Positions 39,301-52,697 are shown, numbered from the stretch's first letter. The stretch: DNA of 64,000 nt from Fistulifera solaris (GCA_030295235.1 AP026155.1:124001-188000), one strand, 5' to 3'. Translations and numbers: made by a program. Notes: generated by a model not told the origin, from the letters alone.

Positions 39301-40483
39301 TACTCGTTCAAAGTTGGCTGTTCTATGCACTCGGACATTCTTCATTTCTTCAACTAGGAGGTTTAGGAATCTTTTGATGTCGCACATTTAGACAGCATGT
39401 AGCTACGGGATGGGTAAGATACCAATTTGTAGTACCATTCTTGCCATTTTGCATCAATGTCCGCTGGTATTCCTCCCGTGAGATGGGTGCCGTCGTTGTT
39501 ATGGGGATGGTCTCCGTAGACTTCTTTGATTTTTTTTGTGTGCCTCTTCTTCAACGAAATCCGGAAGGTCCGCGCATCGGGTTCAGGGGTAAGGAAAGGT
39601 TCATAATTGTTGTGCGGTGTAAAGCTTTCTCCCCTTTCTGCCTCAGAGTCATCATCCGTGTCTTCGTTTAGTAGTCTACCATCATCAATCTCAATACGGG
39701 GCATAGTTGTTTCGCTGGTTCGGCTTCTTGTTTTAGTGCTGGTTCCCCATTATTGAATGGAAGTGCAATAGTGTCCTGGGCCTGATTGATGTTTTGAGTA
39801 TTGTCCCTTTGTCTGTTTTCGTCCGTGAGTCTAGTGCGATGGTGCCAAGGCACTTGAGCAGTTGTTGGTTGAACGACCTCGGCGACAATTTCGTCCGTTG
39901 ATGTTGTGAACGGAGGTGTCGTTGGTTTCCGTTGGTGCCGTTGGGGCAACGAAGTCTACAACAAGATCTCGTCCGTTAACGTTGTGAGTTGTGGTTGTGG
40001 TATCCGTAGCAGTTTCTTTGTTATGACAGTCAGCGCAGATACAGTTGGTACAATGGACTCCATTACGTTTACATGCGCATTTTTTCCGTTGTAGACAGTG
40101 AGAGCGCCGACTGCAGTCACAGCATCGTGATGCAGTACCGTTTGTCCCTAAGTGATTAGCGTTCTTAGTACTTTGAGATTCAGTGTGACTAGTACGAATA
40201 GCCGGTACTGTCTCTTCTTCTGTACTCGGTTCGAGACGTTCGACGTAGTGAATTTGATCTTCGCCAAACCTCACCGATCGCCGATTCCGAGGCTCTTCGG
40301 GCGTTTGGACCATGATTATCCATGCTGAAAAGCAAATGATCGGTTGATCTGATGAACTTTTGGAGTCGAAAATTGAATTCTGCGTAGTCGAATTGATCCA
40401 AACAGCTATTGTGAAGTTAACAAAGGACTCAGGAATAGTTACTTTAACCCTAACCGGTGCATGTTGGATCAAAACCTGGTCAA
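36391..40483 (-). mobile_element. Full-length non-LTR retrotransposon with restriction-like endonuclease, CRE-clade-like
   Basis: Poly(A) tail (T-run 36390-36403). 15-bp TSD: CTATATAAAATAAAT (36376-36390) and CTATAGAAAATAAAT (40484-40498). RT, CCHC knuckle and RLE motifs. Confidence 0.93.
36551..40313 (-). CDS. Retrotransposon polyprotein: CXC-like Cys cluster, reverse transcriptase, CCHC knuckle, RLE (frameshifted)
   Basis: CCDCSRRSHCLQRKKCACKRNGVHCTNCICADCHN; KKPGIRPVAVGE, LVDARNAFN, GVAQGDPLS, YADD, RYLGG; KCDGC..HAQQC..RHD; RGDVSAYGFW...FDVRVTD...EREK. Confidence 0.9.
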
Positions 40484-40705
40484 CTATAGAAAATAAATGA
40501 TATTTGGATCCAGTGTGCATTTAACAAAATTTTTTCAAACAGCTTATGCTGGCCATCACATCTGGAAAATTCTCGTTTGGTTTGGCCTGCATGTTGTATC
40601 GCGAGTAAATAATAATGTTGCTTTTCCAGTCAACAATTTTCTAACGTGGGGACGCGCTGCGTGTCAAGTCATCCTTCGGTAACCTGAGTTCGCTCTTGCC
40701 GACAT

Positions 40706-41510
40706 TCAATCAACAAATAAAAATATGTTTTCTTCCTCGGAAACGTCATCCCTCACCAAATAACGAGCGACTTCCATGACGCCCGTCACGCTTCTTCCAT
40801 AGTCGATAATTGTTCTTTTCAGCAAGTTTTCTTTCAGCCGGACTCCGTGGACAGACTTTGCCGTTTGCACAATTTCGTCAATCTCTTCGTTCGAAAGGAT
40901 TCGATTGCCGTCTTTGTCCATAGCCAACGCAACAGTGACGAGATTGTGCAGTAGCTCTGCTTTCCTATTACGAGCCATTTCCCTTAAAACTTGCTTTGAC
41001 TCTTCAAGATGCGTTCGGATCTCGTCTAGCGACGCCAACCCTAAACTTTTGACATCTTCGAGTGTTTGCTCTAGTTGTTGCAGACTAGGCATGAAAAAGG
41101 ATGAGAAGCATATTTTTACACCCTACACTGACCTTCGTATTGACTTACTGTGAAACAGAGGTACTCAATTCCTCCTCCTGGTGCTGCAATCGCGTGTTTT
41201 CAACTTGTAGTCTTCCTACCTCATCTTGCATTCGTACATTCGTCTCGGCCAAGACGCGAACTTGCACAAGCTTTCTTTGTTGAAACAGAGCGTACGGAGC
41301 TAGCAGCATTCCGAATACACCCGACCAGAAAACCGATGCTTGCGACGAAAATAGAACTAACAGCAGGTTTGTTCCGAATCCAAGCCCAGCCAATGTTGTA
41401 ACGATCTTTTCTTTGGACGTAGACCCTTCAGGTATCTCCGGAAGCGGTTCTTGCACAAGCGGGGTTCCCTCTCCGACCTCTACTCGATAAAGAACATCTA
41501 CTGATGGCAT
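40706..41510 (-). CDS. Small protein with two TM helices, a coiled coil and an EF-hand-like loop
   Basis: Two exons (intron ~41087-41148); DKDGNRILSNEE loop. Confidence 0.7.
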
Positions 41511-41951
41511 TTTCTATATGTAGAGTGAAGAAGAGGTCATTGTCAAACGAAGACGCAATGGATGGGGGGAAACGATGAATGTTGACAAACAATAAATACT
41601 GAGTAATTAGCAGCTTTCGTCGCGTTGCGTTGCAGGGAACGGCGTTAAAATTCTGCCTCGTCGTAGACGCTACGTCGAATCTTGTACTGGGAGGCAGATT
41701 AACGTCCTTCCCAGGCGGGGGGGGGGGGCGAGTAACGCTTCAGTCCCGCCTAGTGTGTTAATTCATTCGCTAGCCACCTACTCGCTATCCTAGCAGCTCA
41801 CAATAAAATTACTACGGAGTATTATTACGGAGTATAATTCGCAAAACGCTATTCGCGTAGCCACTGAAGAATGGTACGGTGTAGCATGAACAAAAGCAAC
41901 ATTGCAAAAGGCGTAGCTCTTTTTATAGCATTTATCTTATCAAAATTTCAG

Positions 41952-44900
41952 CTAAATTCGAGACGTTAACGTCATAGCAACAACAATGTTCGACAATCCG
42001 TCTTCTTTCGTTTGGTATTTAACATTGAGATGGCAAGGATTTCGGTCGTCACTGTTCATTAAAACATATTCTCGGATGGATGGCTCTGTTTCAGATACTT
42101 TTTCTCGAGTATTTTGATCGTTTGCAACGGATGCAAGAATTAATTCCTGTGCTTTCTTGTCGCTTATTTCAATTTGTGATCCTGGTGACTTCGCCATGAT
42201 ACTTTCTACGAGACGAACTTGGTGTGGTAGTTTGTTTAACAAGGATCTGGCTCGTGCTACTTGGACTTCTGCTTCACCAAGTGCTAGACAGGCCCTCCCA
42301 CAAGCAGCCAAAGATTCGATACTAACGACACTCATCATATTTGTGGAATCCGCCGTCGTTCGGTCTCCATACGTGGCATCGTGGGCAAGATGGCCCAATG
42401 CAGAAACGACGTGCTCTCGAAAGCGTACCAAGCTAGATCGAACCACGCTAACTGTAACGGCCTCACCAGCCGAAACAACCAACGTGAAGTACGACATGGC
42501 CAAGTTCACTGCCATAACTTGGCAAAGTAAACTCGCCGGGTGAATTGTTTCTAAATAATCGATTGCCATCTCAACGGAAGTCGAAGCATCAAAAGTGGAG
42601 CCTGGTCGACTGCTGGGATAGATTTCGCCTCATCCCATGTTCGCGCCCAAAACTTGCGGGTGTCATCGAGCACACGATTGGCTTCTGCTGCTTTTTCTGA
42701 CCTCATACTTGGTGAGGTCGCGGATGCACTATCTAAATTGCCGGTAAAGAAGTCCTTTTGATCGAAGCCTTCGAGCGGATTATCCGGATTGCCGTACCTT
42801 CGCATATAACCTTTAGTTGCAGATCAGAAAGAACAAAAAGAACAGAGTGGTACTGACTTACCAATTTACAAAATCTTCAAAGATAGCACCAGGATTAGCT
42901 GCCTTGAAGGCTTGCATGTCACTTAAAAGCTTAGGATGTTGAAGGCGTTGGGCCACTTCGATACGGTGCTTGATTGTCGAACTTCCTTTGACGGTTTTCT
43001 GGCGAGACATCATCAACCGACGTTGTGCCACTACGTCGTCTGTTAGAGGCATTGATCTTTGGAGGTAAGGAGCGTATACCTGATCAGCTGTTCGAATCAA
43101 AGTCGACCCCATGACTGGACACCTAATGCCTTTGCGACCCCCAGCTGTCGTATCTTCGTTCGGCTCGACATAACTGCCTTCCTCTGCGTCGAAAAACATG
43201 GACATCCTTGACATGTGACTCCGATAGGTTGACTGACTACGTGCTGTACCATGGCTCCTAACTGTGGAGTCGTCAGCATCCCTCATCGAAGGGAAGTTTT
43301 TTCCAGGTAGAGAGTCTACGATGGTATCTTTCATGTAATTACCACCAAAGCTAATTGTTTGCATAAATGAATTCTCCGAAATGTCGTCATCATCGTCATC
43401 CATTCCTTCATCTAGGTCTTCTATTTCATTCATCTCTTTGTTTATCATACTTTCCACGCAAATATTGAAGACCTGGTTGCCAATACCATGGATATGTTGA
43501 GAAAACAGAGCCTGGTTTGCCAGAAGAACCAAAATACAAACACCCAACGTACCTGTAGCTTTTGTCCAATCAGGCAATGTAAATCGTCCGGATCTGGTTC
43601 AAAACTGTTTATCAACGCAGCAAGCTTCGCACCACTTCCGACCGCCGAAAAACATTTCTTTTTGTAAGACGAATCGAACGGAGGATCAAGTCCAGGCACG
43701 AAATTCATATTGGGTAAGTTCTCGCGCCTTTCCCACCGCTGCCTAAGTTCTTCAATGAATACTTTCCATACAAGGACCATTGATGGTGGAGAATGAACAT
43801 TTGCCATTCGAACAAAAGTAGAGAGACAAGTCGTCCAGGTGGAGCCGACTTTTGCAATGCAGTCCAATCTTCAGTTTGCAGCTCAAAAAGATTCCTGGTC
43901 GGAGGTGTTGGAAATGACAAGGCTATTCGACCATCTAAAACTTCCCTGACAATAGCTTCTGCCTGGTCTCGGTCAATCATACTTTCAATAGCATTCTTCC
44001 AATCCATTGCCGTAACTTTACCAATAGAAAGAAATGGAGTGAGATATTTTCTACTCCATGTTCGTGTTGTATTGCACTTACCCAAAGCTTTCGTCGAATC
44101 GTCAACGCTGGCGCGAACCGCTACAGAATGTGCGATTCGATTTCCAGCCTCAATATCCCAATTTGAAATCACTGACTCGGTTATCAAATGCGTCAATAGA
44201 GTTTCTCGTGGCAACGTAGAAGCGCGGATTAAGGCAGCGAGGACACAGCGCTGTGTGGCAGCCAACGACGCCTCTGAAGTCTCTGCGTCGTAAAATACCT
44301 TGAAATGAAACGTGGTAGGCCGGTTCTTATCTAGAACACTCTGTTCAATGGATCTCTCCATTTCTAGACGGTCTTCCTGACTCACAGTTGACCTTGTCTT
44401 CAACGGCAAAGTCACCAATGGCATGCGGTCTTGCGATACAGGAACATCCCGGCTTTTGGAACTAGAAAATGGCGCAGGACTGTTCCACGTAAAAAGTGCA
44501 TGCATTGACCCTATTGGATCATCTCTGGGTCCCCAACTTGGATTCGTTCCCGACGAACCCGAAAACCGTTCCAGCAGACGAAGGGCCGTCAATCTAGATT
44601 CATGTCTGTAGGATTCAATCGGCTCTCGGGGAAGTGAATCAGGGGGCTGCTCCCGCCATGATTGTACGTCTCGAAAGCGATCACCCAATCCTGCGAGAAA
44701 GCTCTGAGACTTTTTGGTGGCTGGTTTGTACCACGAATAAATATGCCGCGCCGCCCACAATTGCACCGTGTCATCGGCATTTTGCCGACAGTGATGGAGG
44801 AGTACAGATCCCCATGTCGTCCACCGTATATCATCGAGCCATTTCTTTTCTCTATCGAGTGATGTGCACCAAAAGGTCGCCATACAATCGTTGGATCGCA

Positions 44901-45717
44901 CTTGTCCCGATACAATCGGTGGCATTTGACGCTCGTTGCAATGCGCCGTTAGCTGTCTCCCTTTGAAAAGGTATGGCTCCACGGTCTTGCACGGCAGGGA
45001 ATGGATCCACGTCGGTGATATGGACAACACCGGAGTGGTGTGTACCACCGGTGGTAGCATGGCTTCATACGATGCTCGAGAAGGATTGTACGAGCCCCAA
45101 ACTCCAATAATAGGAAAGCAACAATGACAGAAACTAGCCGCAACATTCAACGCCGATTGCAACCAACCCGACAGAACACTCTGCAAAACATCCCGACTCG
45201 TTCTCGACTTTTCGTGTCGTTGCAATATGGACTGATATAAAAAAATCAACAAATCTTCGGGAATTTGATCTGGATTGACGGGTGCTAAAGTAATGTGTTG
45301 TCCAATTCCGAAAACATGAGAAAAATTCTCCATACTATCGAGTGGAAGATCGATTCCGGCGGCCGCGACACGTTGTAGTGAAAAAGGAAGATGATCGTGT
45401 TCATCACTGGATGGCATTGATCGTGATTTGGGTGCATCCCAGAGACACAATTCTAAATTGATTTGACACGCAATTCGTTGACCGGAGAGTAAATGAAAGG
45501 ACAAGGCCCACACAATGGAATCCGAGCGAATCAATGCCACCCGGTGTCGATCTTCTTCCGATCCGCTATTTGATGTTTTGGGATGTACGGAAACGTGTCG
45601 ATCACTGCCCTGATCGACATGCCAAGCCCGCAATCGCGTTTCGACATCACGAGCGAGGCGTTCGAGTGATGTGGAACACGAATAGTCAATGTACTCGTCA
45701 TGAGCATTCGATTGCAT
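41952..45717 (-). CDS. RAB3GAP1: Rab3 GTPase-activating protein catalytic subunit
   Basis: DYSCSTSLERL, KSAPPG, CLIGQKLQ, YAPYLQ and LLSDMQAFKAANPGAIFEDFVNW motifs. Introns near 44020-44080, 43470-43552 and 42800-42861, plus frameshifts. Confidence 0.9.
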
Positions 45718-46294
45718 TTTTTGCTTGTGTTTCGAGTTGTGAAGTTTGTTTTTCAAGGAAGAGCACAGTTATTATTTCAAAATGGCTTTCGAACGCAAAA
45801 CAGGAAAGAATGCTTTTCTTTTTTTCTTATCGAGAAAAGTAGACGTCTAGATTCTTTTCTAGATCCATCGACCGCCGCAGCCCTTCCTTGATGCGACAAG
45901 TGCTTTCTTTTTATTATGAAGAGTAGTTTGTCGACGTTCTTTCTGTTTCAATGAAACAAACGAATTAGTTGAATGCAATTCATCATTCATCATCATTCGA
46001 TCCTTTTCACCCCTTCAGTGCAACTAGCTCAAGTTAGTTGCTGAAGGACCCTGTACCGGTATTTGTTTCATTATCTATGAAACCAAATGCAAGTTCTTGA
46101 TAGCGGCTTTAATACCGAACGACATGCAGTAAGTTTTGTTTCTGTAGGCTTTGCGGTTGACGGACAAACGTCCATAGCATTTTCTTTTCCTCGCGCAAAG
46201 TTTCACTATCAGCTAATTTCAACCTACGAGTAATCATTCGATTATCATCTCTTTATGCTTCCTGTTCTTCTTCACTTCATCAATTACTAAAACA

Positions 46295-46785
46295 ATGAAA
46301 TCCTTTTCTCAAATATTAATAATATCACTGAGTTGTTTCGGTGCAATCGCCAAGGTGCAACAACACGACAGCTGCACCGTCCTCGAATCGTGTCATCGTT
46401 GTACGGACGGAGATCGACGCGATCATCCCGAATGTCAATCTACCGGTATTATTCTAATTACCAAATGCTCTACCGAAGAAGAGGAATCTGTCATTTATCA
46501 AGTATGTCAAAGAACGAAAGCGGATGATGAATTTTTAATGATTCAACTGCAAATGTTCTGTTTGGTGTTGGGAGTGGTTTCCTTTTGTCAGTACGACGAC
46601 AACGAACGACCGCATCGAGTTTATTTGATCAACGGCAGCGCATGAAAACTCCTAGGGCTAGTGCTACAGGTACAATTGAATTGGGAACGACGAGTAAGAC
46701 GCGAAATCATGAGGGAGTTCTGTCGCGCATGAATTCGCGAGACGAAGAAAAAGTGCCTCTCACACAACCGTTAGATGTCATTTAA
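46295..46785 (+). CDS. JTB (jumping translocation breakpoint)-like single-pass membrane protein
   Basis: Signal peptide; six-Cys ectodomain C..ESCxxC...PECxxTG....C...C; TM followed by VRRQR after a frameshift near 46585. Confidence 0.65.
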
Positions 46786-46903
46786 TACGAATATGTATAC
46801 ATTTATTATAGAAACAACCAGGAGAGTACAGGAAGCTACCGGGATTTGCAAACAAAATCATGCTTTGAAGCGAAGGAAACATAAATTATTAATTCTCAAT
46901 GAG

Positions 46904-48561
46904 TTATTTAAAGCAATACGCTGCCGCTTCTTTTAGCTGTTGTAGACTTGATTCTTCATTTTCATTCAGTACAGTAAACTCAAAGACGCCACTGGAAATA
47001 CCATATTCGACTTCTTTCACGACTTCACGAATTTTATTGCGAATGGTGCTTTCCCGGGTTTCCTCTTCGTCAATTACAATGTCCCCGGAATCAATGGCGT
47101 CCCCCAAACGTTTCTCAAATTCATCCACACTGTTCAAACCGACCCACACTCCAATGATACGAAGACCCGGAATTCGTGTCAGTTTCTTGGATAAGTCGAC
47201 GCTGGCATCCACAATGACGACCGATTGGTTCTGCGCCGCGGCAGCCGCAGAAGAAAGAAGTCCTTCTTTCGTGATGCCGTACTTTCCTTCCGTCAAGAGC
47301 TCACCTCGTTGTGCCAGTCGCTCGTAGGTGGCGGGGTCGGACACCGGATCGATTTGGCGAGGTTCCACAAAACGACCTTCGCCTTCGGCTAAAAGACGCT
47401 TCACTAAATCGCTGCGACCCGTAGCTTGCGGACCCGATACCAAAAGAATGGTGGGCAAGCCAACATCGGTACCGGAGGTAGTTTCTACAGCGCCCGCGGA
47501 GGATTGCGCCAACTGAAGCGCCATTCCGACACTTCCGGGTAAAATGAGTCCTGGATCATTCTTATTGTTGGTAGTGTCCGCGAAGGCTTCCTGCAGCTGA
47601 ACAGCGAAGAGTGGTAAACGGTACGTCAAGAAACCGAGTATCGCAGCACCAAACTGTTCGGCCGTTACGTAATCAAAAGTTCCTTTCCTGCGACAGGACT
47701 CGCTTCTCCGCGACTTTGATTGTACAAGGCCACTCCGACCAACACAATCAACGGCATCGCAAATCGCAAATTCGATATGCCTTTGCCCATTTTAGCTTCG
47801 GGTGAAGCAATCGTGTCCGTCTTGATCGATAGCAAGAAGAGATACACCAAACTACTGAGCGCACCTGCACAATAAATGGCCGCATCTTCCGTGCCTCGGA
47901 CGAAATCGACGACCACGGTGCCGGCAGCACCGGTCAGGGCGACGAATTTGAATATCTTGTTTTTGATGGATCCGTACATTTCCAAATCCTGGGCCACCAC
48001 ATCGGTGTTAACATTCCGGACAGGTCCCGTATAATCGTCCAGGTCGTAGGTTTCGGCACGCACTTTGGGCATTCGATTAGGGCCCATGGGCAATTTGAAG
48101 GCATTTTCACTTTGCACAAAACTGGCCAGAATAGGACTCACGGCATCAATGTCGCGCAGTACCCGTTTTCCTCTCCGTTGTTGGGACGAGTACTCGGCAA
48201 AGTATCCGTCTCCGACGTCTTCGAGCGGTGTCACTTCAATCAACCATCCAGTTTTCCCGCCAGGTTGAATGAAGGAAATCTTTCCCACCAAGGCTTGTCC
48301 ATCGGCACGACCACCATCGAGATCGTAATAACGTACAATATCTCCAATCGCTGGATGTAATGACTTCTTAACTGTTGTTGCTTTACTGCCTTCTTCCCGC
48401 TGCGGAACGTACGCAGCGACAGTGACGCGTTGCCGTCGAAACGATTCCCAGTGAGTGGTGACGGATGTTCTTGTCAACAGTGGCGACAGGGTAAACGCCA
48501 GGCACGATGGCGCCCATAACAACAAATAATATAGGATCCAGTAGTGTCGTATAGCTGTCAT
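46904..48561 (-). CDS. Probably plastid-targeted protein: soluble N-domain, AtpI/CGL160-like TM block, guanylate-kinase-like C-domain
   Basis: Signal peptide ending CLA-F; about four TMs (GALSSLVYLFLL...NLRFAMP); ILLVSGPQATGRS, GKYGIT and FEFTVLNE motifs. Frameshift near 47670. Confidence 0.68.
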
Positions 48562-48731
48562 GATTTTTCGGCAGGAGTCGCAAAGAAGTGCGCAAAATAA
48601 GAGCGGATGTTGATCAAATAAATAATAATCAATGAAATGAGTAAGAGATGTCAATGTCAACGAAACCCGAGCGGAGTAATTGAGGCGCTGTGCTGCATTA
48701 GGGTTCGATGTACAAACAATCCTGGACAAAC

Positions 48732-48754
48732 TCATGACTAAAATTCAGTCTTGG
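48732..48754 (+). promoter_or_regulatory. Palindromic motif copy 4
   Basis: tcatgactaaaattcagtcttgg, about 170 bp upstream of the ATG at 48561. Confidence 0.5.
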
Positions 48755-48945
48755 TGAAAAACGGACAACACTTTGGACCGAAGTAAACTCGTAGGTCCCC
48801 AATACGGAGTCTATCAAAGACTTGGACGCAGTTTAACTTGTTATTTAAATTGCAGACAAAGCTTAACATTGGATACACGATATGAAACTGTTCCTATGTG
48901 CGGCAATCACAATCTTAGGCCTTAACTACCATCCTGCCTCATTCG

Positions 48946-49657
48946 TCACGACGTTCCATCCCACCATATGGCCACATTCCTACCGTCAAATGGCAAAATT
49001 GACTGCTGAATGCGGGGATGTTTGTTCATTAAATATTGACAAAATTGTTCGTACGAACGAACGGGTACTTCCCGTTCGGTTCCCTCCCTCGTCGCGGACT
49101 CGAATGGTCCGCGTATGAAATAACGTGGGAAACACACAACACGGCACAACACAAAATGGTTTTTTGTAACGAAGAGCCGTGTCTACGATGGCTTCCGTGG
49201 CTCCATCGGCGTGCATTCCGACCAGTAATGCAGCTTTTTGAATCAAGGCTTCCACTTTAGGATGTGTTGCCGCAGTATCGTCTTGGAAATACATTTGATA
49301 TTGCTGAAACCTTTCTTGAAACGTCTTTTCCAATATTTGGGCGTCTTCTTGTTGACGTCGTTGGAATCGACACCGCCACACGGCGGGTAATTTGGGTAAA
49401 ACGGTCTTTTCAAAACACAACGGTACGTTGGATTCCCGAGGATCAATCATAACCACCCGGAGTCGTTGACAGACAATGAGCCGTGCCGCCAATTCACCTT
49501 TGCCTCCCGCAATATCAATCACCAAAGGTGTTGACTCGAGTGGCGTCTCCATAGGTTGCTGGAGCAGTGTTCCGTCGGGTTGAATGTCTTGTGATTGCGT
49601 CCGGGGAACGTGGAGTTGCGGAAACGTTTGCAGGAGCCAGTTGATAAAGTACTTCAT
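48946..49657 (-). CDS. SAM-dependent methyltransferase-like protein
   Basis: VIDIAGGKGELA, VGMHADGATEAIVD and VVPCCVFP motifs. Frameshift near 49070; 5' end uncertain. Confidence 0.78.
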
Positions 49658-50832
49658 TTTGTGTTGATTCTTGACCCCGCTATATGTTCGAGTCTTTATT
49701 GAGGAAGAAGCCGCGTTAGTTGCATCTGAATGCTTTTCATCTTTCGCCGTTAGATTCGCGGAAAATTCGACAACTATCTCCGGCCAAAACGGTCATGCTC
49801 TTCAACCCGGTGACTTCTCGAGGCAATTCTTGGCTGGTAGTTACCCTATCAATGATGGAAACGCAATGCGAGGGCTCGCAAGTTCACTCCAATCGCCTAT
49901 TATTATTTAATCTAATAGGATGCGAGGGGGGGGGGGGGGGGGGGGGGCGGAGAAACGCGTAGATGGATGGCTGATTTGATTATCCTCCTTTTTTGTTTAA
50001 AAAAATAGCCATTGCTGATTTCCTAGAGAGAGAGAGTCGTCGTCGGAAAGCCAATACTTGTACGTAGTACGTAGTACGATATTCGTGATTTTTCGCCGTT
50101 TTTCTCAAACTCTCCCAAATAGTTCAGTTCTCTACTTTATGCTTTGTGTTGCCATTTGCCATTGTCACTCCAGTCATTACCAGGTACTTTTGGTCTCGAA
50201 GCATCTTTGAAAGAATGGTCTTGTTTCTGGTTGTTTTTCTTAATTGATGTAGTCTACGTCAGTCGTTCCGGTCATATTATATCCAAGAACATTGAGTTCA
50301 AAGTACAAAGTAGATTTGTCGTTTCGAGATTAACTTCATTTCCCGAAATTACCCTGTTCCGTCTTCTACTGAGTATATCAGAGTAAAGTGTGTCGCGTGT
50401 CGCAGATGACACCTCAATGCCGTCGGCCTACGCGGGTCGTCGTTGAAGGAGCAGGGGTAAGGCTTGTTCTTATCAGTGCACATGTGCAGCATATTTGCAC
50501 ATATTTTTCGAACTAACCCGGAAATGCGCGCCCGTCGGCCATTTTTTCGTGTGCACCGGCTCGATTAAAATTGCAAAACTCATCAATTATTTATAATTAT
50601 GCACATCCTTGCACATCGTTGGGAGTCTTGCACACGGATAATTTACGATCGTTCACGAATGCTTCTTAACAAAAAAACAACGCAAAATTTTTCGTCCCTA
50701 TTTCCATTTCGGCTTGCTCTCTTGTTTGCCATCCCCCGCGCGTTCTTCCGACCAACGTTTGCTCTCAGAACAACAGTAAATCGTTTGTGGTACTGCATTT
50801 ACCCTCATAATATAGCCCCATCGGTCAAGAAA

Positions 50833-52697
50833 ATGTCGGCAAGACTCAAGAAACATCCTGTGACAGGCCATCCCACGAAAGGGAATGCTAATAAGCCAGT
50901 GAAAAACAAGACAAAGACGGCCGCAACGGTGAAAACCAAAGCTCCGGCCGCAAAGGGAAAGCCGAAGAAGGCTGCCCCCTCAATGGAAGTGATGTTCACA
51001 GCACCCACTGAAGACCGGTCTGGCAAGGTCAAAAAGGTTATTGTGATCTCGGACATCCGAGATGCCAAAACCGCCACTTTGAACTTCGCAATCATTACAG
51101 GTGCGTAAAGTGTGGCTTTCAATTGCACAACAGTGAATTTGGCTGTGGGCATCCATACGACGACGCCGGGCCATGTAATTTGCCCTGATGGATTTGGTTG
51201 CGATTTGGGAAGGAAGATTCCTGCAAGAGGAAATCTTTCTTCGGATGACTCCAACGATGGCGATTCGTTTACTCCACAGGTAACCCATGTCAAACGTTCT
51301 GTGGCTCGACTTGATGACTCTTCTGATGAATCTGAATCTGAAATGGAGGACTCGGATTTGGGACGCTTGCATAGGAAGCGTCCACCGCAAACTCCAATGC
51401 TTCAGCGAACTTGTGCCCTTAAATGATGGGGAGTTTCCCATTCCGGATCCTTCTGATGATGATCAGACCACTGATGGCAAGCCAGCAGCTAAGGAGACCG
51501 GGTCGAAGAAAACATCATCCGCCAGCAAGACGAAGAAATCATCGCCCACAGACTCTGACGTTCCCGACAGTGACGGAAAACCTGTCAACTCTTTTTCCGA
51601 CTTTATTTTGACACCGACGGAAAGGTTGTGGGTTACGACAATAAGACCTGGAAAGAAATCTCTGCCCAAGCAATGCGCACTATTGTTTCACAATGCACTG
51701 GAATGGGTACGCGCAGTATGCCTAAACACGAAATGATCCAAGCCATGGAGAAGGAATATGACGAATGGGATCAAATGGGCCGCCCGCCACCCGGCAATAA
51801 TCTTGGAAGACACGGAAAACAGAAAGTTGCGCCCGATAAAGCAACTGCTAACTGCAAGATGCGTTTGTTCAATGTTGTCTTCTCAGCCGATCATGTGAGC
51901 GACTTAGAGAACTTGATGAAGAAGGGTGATGGAAGGGACAACCAAGACATTGCAATGGCAAAGCATCAACAGTGGTTCTGGAGACCCGTGCGTGAGTCTT
52001 ATGTTGATTCGATAGAAGAATATGGAATAAACAAGTACGAAGACAACGAGTACTTCAAGGATCGCCCGGTCTTGATCTTAATCACTTCTGTGAGCATCCT
52101 TGGAAGAAGTTGCGGGAGATGTGGAAAGCGTGTTGTGCGGAATACAATAGACACAAGAAGAACTACACTGCATCCGGGCAGCACTCGAATGACTTCTATC
52201 AGTTCACAAACGGTAATCTTGTCATGTATTACTTTCATTTGTGCTTGAGAGATAAACCTAACGTTATTGACGTCGTTGAGGCCGATCTTCCAGACCAAGA
52301 AGGACCTAAACGGTAATGCATAACAGTGGCAGCTGGAAACAAGCGGAAAAAGGAAACTGCTTTCACGGATATCTTGAAGGAGTTGGTCGATCGAGAACCG
52401 GAATCATCGGAAATCAAGGAACTGGTTGAGTTTCACAAGCAGTCGCATGAATTGGAGATCAAAAAGTTGCAATTTGCTCAATCAACTTACGATCTTGAAG
52501 AAGAGCGACGTCAAGAAGAGAAGAGAGCCGCATTATGGGAAGAACTCAAAGACGTAGACAATCGTCTTGAACGATTGTTTGTCATACTTGACAACGATCC
52601 TCCGCAACACCGTGTGGAGTATTACAGAAGCGATTTGACGACGTATATGAATAGGGAAAGAGGAGCTTAAAGCTATTCTGTTTCCAAAAGCCGATAA
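50833..52697 (+). CDS. Harbinger accessory (Myb/SANT-like DNA-binding) protein, frameshifted
   Basis: Lies inside the TIRs. K-rich N-terminus; FWRPVRESY...LREMWKACCAEYN...ASGQH...FYQF; C-terminal coiled coil. Exon structure uncertain. Confidence 0.65.

Noticed and set aside
40349..40400. Hammerhead ribozyme-like CTGATGA...GAAA core
   Set aside because: It is antisense to the retrotransposon, the stem II closing pair is mismatched, and stems I and III cannot be formed around an NUH site.
49926..49947. Long poly-G tract (also 41717-41729 and 14220-14227) as a G-quadruplex element
   Set aside because: Homopolymer length is unreliable in this assembly and nothing else supports a function.
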